Shown here one piece after another: positions 1 through 11,783 of a stretch of DNA of 55,470 nt. Source of the stretch: Azolla caroliniana (taxonomy: Eukaryota; Plantae; Polypodiophyta). The stretch is from assembly GCA_043228905.1 (NCBI GenBank), contig JBHGNT010000194.1:1-55470 (forward strand), in the 5' to 3' direction. The first letter of the stretch is position 1. Each line of letters opens with the position of its first letter. The notes under the pieces were generated by a model. That model did not search any database and was not told the origin of the DNA. It saw only the letters and a program-made list of their open reading frames with translations. Made by a program: the position numbers and the translations under genes.

Positions 1-3000
1 AGGAAGGGACACCAAAGCTACAGTCTCCCCTGAATTGAACCCCACATAAATGTCTCCTACACCATCTTTACTAGCAATCTCGGAGCGAATGCTCACTCCG
101 ATGTATGTGCTATGAGCAAAAGAGAATATGTGATATTCCACAACCAATCATCATTGAAAAGTATTGATAATAGCATCATTACCTCTCTTCATCATCCCAA
201 TCAGGTTGATTGGCTGAAAGTCCATACCACTGAATGTTCTCTAGCTTGATAAATGTTTTTTGCTACATGAAGTACGATTATCAAACAACTTTTTATCCAA
301 ACACAAGCACCCAATCAAAATTATGTAAAAAGATGGATAAATACCTGAAAGAGATCATGGCGTCGGGATCGGAAGGCTGATAAAGACCTAATGAGATGAC
401 TGATTTGTCTTCCAAAGTCCAGATTCAGTGCATCCCAATTGAACAACTTCCTAAATGTACCATATGCAGCAAGCCCATAAATCAATAATAACTCTAAAAA
501 CACATAAGTATGCGCTTATTGAATTTAGATCAAGTTTTTTTTTTACCTCTTATGTATCGAGACTGAACCACCTTTAGAGACACCATACTCATCACCCATG
601 TTTAAAACAGGGATCCCTTGAGACAGAAAAAGACACATCAAAAAATTCCGAACCTACATATAAAGCACATGGATCTATTTAAAGGAAAAGAATTATAATC
701 CATAATACTTCAATTTTATAATTATAATTTTTGTGTGAGCTAGGATATTTAAAATCCAAGTCTAAAAGAAATCAACCTTCAAACAGAATTTAAATGATGA
801 TTCCATACACTACAAACCTGTTTTAGACGGATATTCAAGACTACTTGATTTAAAGTGGGCCCTTCTTCACCACAATTCCAACTGCAAAATAATACAGCAC
901 TTTCTGTTAATAGGTTACCAAGCCCTAGATCACAAACAATGACAATTAATAATGCATATATCAAGTGAAGGTGATTTCGTACAAACCTCCTTTCATTTTG
1001 ATTCTTGACATTTTCACTGTGGATCAAGTAATTTAAGTCAAACTTTATCCTCTCTCTCTCTCTTTCTCTCTCTCAGCCTGCCTTGTTATATTAAGATAAC
1101 ATATAGTGCAACCAATGCAGAGGGCCTGAATTGATATCCAGCTGTTTCAAAACTAGCAGTCAAAACTGCTGCATCCATTATAAAAGTATCAGGCCAAGGA
1201 AGAGAGGAAAAGGCTTGAGATAGAGTAAACTAGGTGAAAGAATCTAAAGCTTCACAAGGCCTACCTGTGAGAAGAGTAATTGGATTAAGTGGCATATACT
1301 GGAATTTAGAAAAAAATAAATGAAATGGTTTCTCCTATTCACATTAAATCTATAATAACAGCATCATCTTTACAACAACTATTTTCTGTAATGTTTTTTG
1401 TTTTTCGATGTTGATTATTTTTGCTAGCCATATTTTGAAATGGTTGACATTTTCAAGATTTTACATTCTTTATAGACTAAAAAGGAATAAAAATGGTCAT
1501 ACAAGAAATTCATGTTAAGGATATAAGGCAATATTGCTGACTCTCTTCGTCATGGAAGAATACCTGTAGCTAACTAGATCCACCAGTGTCAAACTATATG
1601 GACTGGTAATATGATTGAAAGAGAAACTAGGTCCTCTTCCATCTGCCATGATATCACCACTACAAATAGTAAAACGTAATATGTTTAAATGCCATCATTC
1701 CATTGCTCATATGATAAAAAGAACAATAAATTGAAATATACCTGCCACACAATCTTGTCGCAAAGTTGCTAAGCAGCCCCTTATCACATCTTAGAAACTG
1801 ACGAACATCATCACGATACTTATTATTCCACAGACACCATCTTTTCCAATGTGGAAATCTCAGTTCCTGGTTAATGCAAATTTTAATGTATGTTGCAGAT
1901 GCCAAAGTGCGTCACCGTAGAGATGATGTAAATTTTATCTAGATCCATGTGAAGAGATCAATCAAAACCTACTCCTTAGGGACATAGATAATCATATACA
2001 TTATGCAGAAATAAAGAAAGATATAATGAGAGAAAATCTTAAAATGTTGTCTCATCTTTGAGAACAAACCAAAATAAATGTAACTAGATTCATATGCCTA
2101 AGGTACATGATATTCTCATTATCTAAGCACTTCATATTCTAAGCTTAGATCTGCCTTTGGAAGATCTCCAACATGGGTTGATCCAAGATGAAGAGATCTC
2201 TTAAGTGATGAAAAACCTCTAGCGTCAAGTAATAATGGCCTTGATTTGTTAGGGTGACAGGGTCATGGTTCAGATGGACATGACCTACATGCACCACAAA
2301 TTGCTCTTGTTGTGGCTACCCAATGAGCTCCCATCATGGGACTTTGAGAAGGCCTTCCTCGAGGGTACCAAGAAGAGATTAGCTTCTCCTCCACCTGGAA
2401 TACAGGTTTTTTACGCTTTATTCTTGAGCCCAAGCCCACAACATGATGTTACTACCTACATGAAATGGGAGACGGTGAGCTTTTCTGTATATCAACTGTG
2501 TAGCAAGGTTGAGCCATCTCACTTTTGTTGATTTTTTTTTTTGCGTAGGAGAATATTTCTTTCCCACAAGCATGAGACATTGGCATTAGAGGATTTTGCA
2601 TGGCTACTCACAAGAAGACCTTCATAAATGGGATAATTAGATTCTAGGAGACTCTCAACATTTTGTGGCATGCCTCCTAGAGTAGCAAAATCTTGAAAGG
2701 CGAATTCTAGATTACAGCTGAAAACACACACTCAACTACATGCTATTAGCAGTAACTAAATACAGACACGTGCCCATGAAGCTACAAAAATATAATCAAT
2801 GTGATGCTTCATTAATCGGGTAAAAGAAAAAAGAGTTCCAATTAAGAGGTGATGAAGCATATGTAGAAAGAAAGAAAAATTATGTATTGTCTCGAAAGAG
2901 GCCAAAATGGCCTATGGTACCTGAACTATTACAATCATAATATCTCATCAAAACTCTGTGAATCAAACTATAAACTACAATATTATTTTAAAGTAAATGA

Positions 3001-6000
3001 AAAAGCTACTCTGTAATAGTTGAATAACTCTGTTCCATCAAAAGATCGTGAAGGGAGATCCAAATGTGGGTGATGATGGATTGGATCTGCTTTGAAAATC
3101 TCTTTAGCTAGCTTACAAGTCACACCTCAACCTCGTTTGGTATTACCAATTCCTGTAATAGAGGAACTTGATAATGGCATAGTGGTTTAAAGGCTTGGAG
3201 GACTGACAAATTCTGTGACACCTCTGTGTAGAGCCCATTATCTGTTATTGTAGTCGTAATTCTCAGTATCTGCAGAACTCTAATAGGAATAGAGAGTTGG
3301 ATGACAACAGAGAGAGCAAGATATGAAGGGGAGTAGAGTATATAAAGGACATATTTGAGGATTAAGATGGAGTTCAATGTTTGGTTGCATTTAACTCTTC
3401 TGCCTTTAAGCAGATTCTCACTAGAAACAGAAATGTTGTCTTTTAAACGCATTCTCTGGAATGTGGATGTCTGCACTATGTTGTTAACCATCCTAACTTA
3501 TGAGGAAAAGATGTTTTCTCAAACGATGGCAGTAGATACACAAACTAACCCATACCTTGGTAACACTTGTAAAGGGAGAAGTAAGATCCGCAAAAAGTTT
3601 GCAGCTTGAAAGAACTGGATCAAATGATATTTCCTCTACAAGCAGTGGTCTGCTCAATTCCTCACCGTGAGGGCCTTTTGTTAGTGCCGACGCATTCACA
3701 AAACAAAATCCATCAACGTGATACTCCATTACCCAATGTCGAAGGCTATCTAATATCTGTTGTAGAACGAGGAAAGGTAAAGACATCAGTTTCGTAAAAT
3801 GCAATCTTTTTCACATATATCTGACATGCTCAGGTATTAATCTGCAAACCAGGGTTTGCACAACAGGATGATTACAGTTGAAGCAGTTGGTGGTTCCCTG
3901 TTCAGATGCTGCAAACCTGAAAGGACATACCCTTTTAACTTAGGTTACAGAAATTGAGCTGAATTTAAATGAAATTAAGAATTATACATCATAGAGAAAA
4001 CCATCACAAAACAAATAATTGGCGAAAACACATAAAGAAATAATACACCCCATATTATATACATTTGCATTCATTTACGTATGAACTTCACTCCACATAT
4101 AGCAGATAACAAGTAAATAGGTGAAAGATGCACTAACCTTCCATTCGTATCTAATATATAGTATGTTGCATTATCAATCCCACGGAAGGATATGGTCTCA
4201 GGGGCTTCATCATTATTCTCACAAGTATGGGTAAATATTACATCAAGAATAACCTGTCTCCAGAGTTAAAAACAAAACATCCCACCAAATAAAAGAAAGA
4301 AATTATCTTCTGAATTGGATTCTGATCGTCTGAGAAAGAATAGTGATAAATTGATTAAAAGCCCAAGGCAAATAGTCTGGACTAAACTACATTTTTTATA
4401 AATACCTCAATGCCATTCTTATGGAGTTCTTTAACTGCTTCCTTCAGGGACATGCTAGATGAAAAACTGGTTCGCAAAGGCCCATGGATATCCATTGGTA
4501 CAAAAAAGCTGGAAATTTGCGGCAAAATACAGTTTTCAAAAATGCTATTCAATATTCAGTTTACTAGACAAGCAAATTTACTGCTGTTATTCATAATTTT
4601 AAGCCACATGCAAGAAAAATGAGTGCAAACATGATTGAAAATAACCAGCACAACAAAGAGTAGACTCCAAAACATTAGAATTTCTGAAACAGGATTTGAA
4701 AACTGAATGAAGGTGTAGAACAAAAAAACTTAGACAATTTATTCAATGATCTGAAAAACCTTATGTGAAACATGGAGCTTTCATATTTATACACGACCTG
4801 AACTCAACATACCTGAATGGGTAATAAGGGCCCTGTTTTGGCTCAAAAGAGAATATTGGCTGCAGAATAACAGTATTCACACCTAGCAATGAATCAACAA
4901 TTACATAATAACCAAAATTTGGTAGACATATTACATATATTTCCAATTACTTATAGGAGATACAAGCCACCACAATAGGTCAACCTACCTAATGATTTGA
5001 AATGTTGAACTTTTTCACTTAGACCCTGAAACGTTCCCAATAGACTTTCTTCCAGACCACTAGATTTATCTGCTGTAAAACCAGTGACATCAACTCGGTA
5101 CGCAACAACTTCTTCTAGGGGGATGCTGAAATTTGTATAGTACACAATTCAGCAATGGCCTTAATTTAAATCATTCATATAACTACCTAAATTGCCCAGA
5201 ATTCGAAGTATTTAATGACATACCTTGGAGGGATATCATCATCCCAATCAAAATATATCTCGTTTTTTGGCAATAAACCCAATACTTTGGCAGGGCAAGG
5301 AAGGTTATCTACAAGAAAAGATAATAAACAGATGTCATAATCAATCTCATGTTGCAGCTGAACAGTCCACCAAGATCTGTCACTTGCCTTGTCCAGGTAG
5401 GAATGTGGCCACAGCTTTTGCATATGGATCAACAAGAATCCTTCGTGGATGAAATCGAGATCCTTTCTCCCATGAACTATCACCCTGAAATAAATTATAA
5501 TTGTAGCAATACTAAATATAAAATACATTCAATAATCAAGCAGTACAATCTCTTGCACCAACATTGGTGTAATTGATCTACTAAAATTTTAACTTACATT
5601 TATGAAGAAACTTTCTGAATTTACAAACTATCAAAAATATTAGTATTGAGGGTTGCATGCTTACATTGCAACGATATCCATAACGATCAAACATTTCAAT
5701 TTCATCCACCTCTATGTGCCATGTATTCCCTGTTTTATTGATGGAGCTCTGCAATTGTAGTTCCACCTGAATTAAGAACAGATTGATCTATTTAAATTTC
5801 TCATATATTAAATTTTGAATAAATTTCTAGATTCCTTCCAACTATGTCAACGCTTTTTAATACTTTTCCAAATCTTTCATGATATAAAAAACTTACTGAA
5901 GGCTGAATACTCCCAGGATTGTACAAACATAAGGACACATCTGTAGCAGATTTTGAGAAAATTGCAAAATTTATAGATCCATTACTTCGCAACACAGTTC

Positions 6001-9000
6001 CCAAAGGGTTTGGCTGTCCTCTTCCACAACCCACTGGGAAAACAAAATCTGTTGCATTCCTGTAATAATTTGGTCATGAATAAGGTCTGATATAATACAC
6101 ATTAATGCATATGAAGACATCAACCAACAGCATTTTGAATAACCTTCCCCATGTGCCTTCGGGAGAAGAACTTGATCCTTGAGAAAGTGAGAAGCCAATG
6201 TAAAGAGGAGCTAATTTTGATTGCAGATCAAAAGTTAGCGTGTATACGCCTGATTTGGTTTTCTTAAATGCATTCTGAAATGATTCACCTCTGCAGGAAA
6301 GAAAAACGTTTAAACACTATTTAAACTATAGACATAGAAATCCATCTAATTGTCTTACATGACTGAGGTGTCTGGAGGTATATCCTGCAAATCAAAGACA
6401 TTGCAGCCACTAGACTGTGACTGAAAGGACATCTATATCAGAAGAAAAGAAACGAAAATTAAGAGTTCTAAACAAAATGTGAACACCTTAAAACTGTTCA
6501 CGTACAAAATCAGCAAGTAATATACTTTGCATTCAGATGTAATCACAGATTTCCCGTAATTAATATAATGTTTTTAAAGGGATTGAATATTGTTGTAACA
6601 ATTAGCATAATATCTATGATTTTTATATGCATTATGAATTTACAATTTCAGATTTTGGATTGCTGAGATTGTATATAATTCAAATGAGTCTAAAGTATTG
6701 GTGAGCCATTTGAATTATATACAATCTCAGCAATCCAAAAGCTGAAATTGTGAATTCATAATGCATATAAATTCATTTGAATCTATGGTTTTTATATGTA
6801 CTATGAATTCACAATTTCAGCTTTTGGATTGCTGCCAAAGTCTCAGGAAGTATTGGTTCTATTGGACATTCTCTGAAGTTTTTTATTTAAGATTGAATGC
6901 CACTTCTGTGTTTCAGTGTTCTGGTAACTGATGCACACTAGTTTCAATTGTTCCATTGTCATGATTATTGCTGCATTCTTAAAATATCATCATGCATATG
7001 GGCAGATTGGTACATGTTATTTCATCATTTTAAATATTATAGTATTCATCACCTTTCCCCTTCTAGAAGATACTACAAACCCCATAAACAGATATCAGCA
7101 TTCAGTTGGTAGCATAATATTTCATATTCCATTAAATGATGTCCACAGGACATATATATTGTACATCTACTTTACTCATTTTTCAGATGTTATTGAGTTA
7201 ACTTTATTTTCTTTATGGAACAGGAAGTGATCAACTCAATCAAATTTGCTTACCCAATGCATGTACAAAGTTCCCCTTTCATGCAGGGGGGAGATTGTTA
7301 TGCATACGTTGTAGCAGTTGAGACCTTTAGTCACTGTTACTAGTATCTGCAGATAATTGATAAAGTACTGGTTATAATGTAAAAAATTGTGAATGTTATC
7401 ATATTAACAGCTTTGGCGGTATTGTGCATCAAAAGATGGAACTGCAGTACATTTTAATTTTTGGCCAAAAATAGAAATATTGTAACAAGGTTTGGTATTT
7501 TAATAATTATTTACAGTCCATTACCCACACTCACTGCACTTTCAGTTTGGCTCATTTGATGTGATCTTCAAGGTCTTTGTGACTGTTCAAACTTAGCACA
7601 TAATGACATGCAATGATCCTATTCGAGGACCCATAAATCAACAGTAATATAGTAAAAAACAGGTTACATTCCACGTTTCAAGTTCTAGAAGAATGCCTTT
7701 ATAGATGATAAGATGTTATAGATGGGAATGAAACAACATTACCTCATCACCATCCTCTTCATAGAATCGGTACTTTTTACTTGTTCTATCAATTACTCTA
7801 AGTGGAGCTTCTCTCTGTTTAGTACCTGTATTTTGAACATCCTGACAAGCAAACAAGAGGTGGTAAGACTTCCAGAAGATCCCAATAAAATGTTCATGTG
7901 CTAAAAAGCATCCTTCGGGAACCATAAGACAGAAGCATTGCACCTTAGCACATCCTCAAGAAGTATTCTCTCTGATATAGAAACTGTGGCCAACTAAGGA
8001 AGCCTCTTTCAAGAATAAAAATGTCTTTAAAAAAAGAAACACTGAAAGAATGAAAGAAAGTAAGATTCTTCATGGCTAGACAACAGAATGGATCCCTCTT
8101 CTGCAGAGATGCTAAGCCATTGTAACATGAGAGTAATTTAAGTGGAGTGGTATGATAAATGAGCTGTGCCCAAATATGTCCATGTGAGTGCCAAAACAAT
8201 GGTAAAGGTTTGAGCACCATTTATTGGCATGCGTACATACATGAATCCATATATGAGTACATACATACATATATGCATTATACATGCCTGCATCAATCCA
8301 TTCATCTATACCTATCGAGTGGAGAAAAGCTACATACGTACATTGTGAATATTTATCCATCAATATTTATTATGAATGGAAAAGCTACATACTTCACATA
8401 GACAGTACTATTGAATTTGAGGCATAAATTACAGAATTAATTATGCCTAATCTCTTGGGTTTTTCTTGGCATCCACGACATGATATAGGCATACATACAT
8501 GCAAGCATAGATATGAAAAAAGGAAGTAAAAACTACATACTATTGAATTTGAGGAAAAGCTACATACTTCACATAGACAATACTATTGAATTTGAGGCAT
8601 AAATTACATAATTAATTATGCCTAATCTCTTGGGTTTTTCTTGGCATCCACGACATGATATAGGCATGCATACATGCAAGCATAGATATGAAAAAAGGAA
8701 GTAAAAACGTACAATGATAGACTCTGATGATGCCGAAGCATGTGCACATGTAATACGCTGAGGATGTAACCGAGAGGTGGCACATTGTGCAGGAACCTAT
8801 ATGATCACCACGGTTAAATTGTCAGTGACGACCCTGGTAGCAATTGAATACAGGAAGGAAATCGATATGAATCAGTGCAAAGGAACCACAACCGTCTGAT
8901 CCAAAGTCTGGAGATGGAGACTGCAGAGTTTCGATGCAATACATCTCTTGTGTCGTCTATCCACTCTAACCTGAGCCGGCCAGCATCTAAAATTACATGA

Positions 9001-9271
9001 ACAAAAGAAGAAAAAAAACACAAAAGTTACGAATACACACACATGTATATGAATCAGCTAGCAATGGTGCACTTTGATGAGGAGGAGGAGGAGATGGAGG
9101 AACCTGTTCAAGTTGCAGCAGCAAAGAAGAGCCACGTCCACCATCGCTAATGATGGTGATGCTCCGATCCTCTGTAGTTTCCAGAGATTAGCCTGACATG
9201 AACCCTGTCTTCTTCATCATCATCATCATCATTGGCACCATGGGCATGGGGATGGGCATGGCCATGGCCAT
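1..9271 (-). CDS. ISA2: Isoamylase 2 (non-catalytic starch debranching subunit, GH13 + CBM48); multi-exon, 3' end runs off the window
   Basis: Manually spliced exons (approx. plus coordinates): 8712-8795, 7743-7841, 7254-7346, 6359-6420, 6144-6290, 5897-6059, 5665-5766, 5388-5484, 5224-5308, 4989-5125, 4813-4882, 4406-4508, 4138-4253, 3850-3916, 3556-3756, 1742-1866, 1564-1659, 818-881, 547-653, 345-450, 183-262, 1-109. They give [88 protein letters not shown] and [13 protein letters not shown](V/I)NAS and FPHWKRW are ISA2 signatures. Transit-peptide exons and start codon (8800-9271) are uncertain. Confidence 0.88.
2040..2740 (-). mobile_element. Degenerate non-LTR (LINE-like) remnant in an ISA2 intron
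   Basis: Decayed coding-like sequence inside a long intron. Its left end (aaatgttgtctcatctttgag..caaaccaaaataaatg) recurs near 23545-23586 in a RecQ intron. The family assignment is inferred. Confidence 0.35.
6612..6834. repeat. Intronic fold-back: 65-bp inverted repeat plus a third, direct partial copy
   Basis: 6622-6686 is the reverse complement of 6707-6771 (2 mismatches, 20-nt loop). 6781-6834 repeats 6612-6665 in direct orientation. Confidence 0.92.
8379..8709. repeat. Tandem duplication (about 175-bp unit, about 1.9 copies) in an ISA2 intron
   Basis: gaaaagctacatacttcacatagaca...aaggaagtaaaaac starts at 8379 and again at 8554, nearly identical. Confidence 0.9.
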
Positions 9272-9998
9272 GGGGAAAGAGGAGGGGGGGGGATTGGGTG
9301 TCCACAGTCCAACCCAATCCTTCCTTTACCTCTTCTTCTCTCTTTCTCCTCTAATGAAATCTCACCGGCCATCCGTCGGATATATCCATCCCATTCTGTC
9401 GCCGCTTTTCTCTTGTCCGGCGGCCATCTCCGAACTATTTCTCAATTGAGCCGTGGTGCCCAATAGAGGTCTCAACTCAGGATTTCTTCCCGGTCAGAAT
9501 GTCGAAGTGCTTCTCAGCTAGTTGGTACCGTAGGTGGTTTCTATTCCAATTTAGTTATACTTATTCTGGTTTGCTCCTCGCAAAGATGAAGATGACATTT
9601 TATGGCGTAGTCTCTCTGCAAGTGAGTTAACCTATGTTTCTTTGCTTGGTCTCACGAGCCATTTTGATCTTTTGAAAGGAGTTCATATAGCTTCCTTTCT
9701 TCTATCCACATTCATTGTTGGCCGAGAACTCTCATCTTATGTCCATTTTCTTAAGGCCCAAGTGTTTAGACTCCATTTAACCATTCATGCAACTAAAATA
9801 TATTACTTATAAAAGAGGCTTTATGGTTGAAGTTATCACAAAATGAATTTTACCTCTTATAGCTATTTTAAATTGTTCTCGTAAGCATATGCAAATGGCA
9901 CTACTTAAGTAGACAGATTTATCCAAGTTGCGAGAATAATATGATCCGCCAACGTTCTTTAACATGCATACAATCTCCATGTCTATAAAAATAATTAT

Positions 9999-11280
9999 TG
10001 TCATGTTTCAACTCAAATATCAAGAACTACACACTTTTTGGGTCATCACAACCCTAGGCTTGCAGTTCTACATAGGGATAGAACCATAGGTTATACACTA
10101 GTAGCTCGTATGTTGATTAATCAGTAAATATGAAAGTATTCAATTTTGAACCACATTCAATTAATTAAAAGATGACATTAGATAAGTGCTATCCCCCATG
10201 GTGGAGCTTTGCTAACCAACAAGACATTATCGTTTTTACGAATAGATCAAACTAATGATGTTATTGAAAAATAAACAACTGAGGACATTGTTCCTTCTTA
10301 CCACCTCCGAAGTAAAGGATTTTAGATTATCCCTAATCTCCAATAATGTCTCAAACCACTAATATGATCTAAAGATGTAACACTGGTTTCATTAGACAAA
10401 GATGATAGGTGCATTGAAACAAGAGCTTTGCCAAACCACCAAAGTCTTAAACAACTTACAAGGCTTATAAGATAAATCCTCAAGAGTCACAAGTTGAATG
10501 GTAGAGTTCTTTTAAACAACTTACATGAAGTGGGGGATGAACTTGACACCTTGTGGAAGATCAAGTTGATAAGTCTTTGAACATATGTGTCTAATGATAG
10601 TAATGGGTCCAAATAATGAGGAACTAATTTAATATAGTTCCTATAGATAAAGTTGTTGAATTTCTAGGCACGTGTAAAAACACATTTATCATGACGCTGA
10701 ACAAATGAGGTTGCTTATTGTGATTGGCACAAAAGCATGCTATGTCTTGAGTTGCTTTAATATTTTTTCTTGTAAAATGTAGCATATCTTGTATATCCAA
10801 GGAAGTTTTGTTTGCTCTCTAATTCAATACAATGAATATTTACATCGTTTGGGGCACATGGTTGAAAAGTATTTATCAACATAAAAGGACTATCCATATC
10901 CAACAACTCCTATTTAGAGCTATTGTAAGCAAATTCAAGTAAAGGAATATATTGTTCCCATTTACTTGGTTTTTCGGCTACTTAAGCTTGAAGCATGTCC
11001 TCAATTATTTTGTTAACTTGTTTAGTTTGTCTATCTGATTGAGGATGATCAAATGAAATCATGCTCAAATTAGTTTTGAGATTTTTAAAGAGCCGAGTCC
11101 AAAATACGCTAGAAAATTTAGAGTCTCTATCAATAACTATATCCTCTGGTAACTCATAGAAATGAAATAGTTCATCAATGAATTGATAAGCCAATTCTTG
11201 AGTTATTATTGTAGTATTGGTAGGAATAAACTTGACCATTTTTGTAGTCAATCAACTACAACCCAAATGCTTCTTTGAGT
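9999..11280 (-). mobile_element. Ty3/Gypsy remnant: integrase core, PPT-like tract and probable short 3' LTR (9999-10177)
   Basis: ORF 10982-11251 reads PEDIVIDRDSKFSSVFW...HPQSDRQT..VNKIIEDML, a gypsy integrase core. Minus-strand GGGGGA near 10192-10197 precedes a 179-bp segment bounded by TGTCAT...ATGACA. Confidence 0.7.
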
Positions 11281-11783
11281 TAGAAGTAAACTAGTCTGAT
11301 TCATCCAACATTAAAAGCATTTCCCTACATAGCCTTGATTTTCACGATGCATTTTTTGCCAATAAAAACTGAGAAGAGACAAGAGTGAGTGTTATATGTA
11401 ATCCAAGGTGTGCCTTGATGAGGTGCATCATGGCATTCAAAAACAATTTTCTTTTTGACCTTAAGCAAATCTAAAAGACAAACCTCTCTGATTCTCTAAT
11501 TTATCTCAAACTCTCTTTGTTTCTCCAATTTTTTGGAGATACCTACAAATGAGAGCTTAGGGGTATATAGGATTCAAACAACATGGCAAGAAATTAGGAA
11601 ATGATTATTCACTTCCATTAACAAGTGCCTAACTTAAAGCACATCTTATTTTTAGCCAAAAATGGTTATGCACCTCCATTGACAATTGCCTAAGTTAGGC
11701 ACTTCTTACTTTTAACCGAAAAAATGATTGGGACTTGTGGACATTTTCTGTGTAGGCTATTTCCATTGTTAGTATCATAACTC

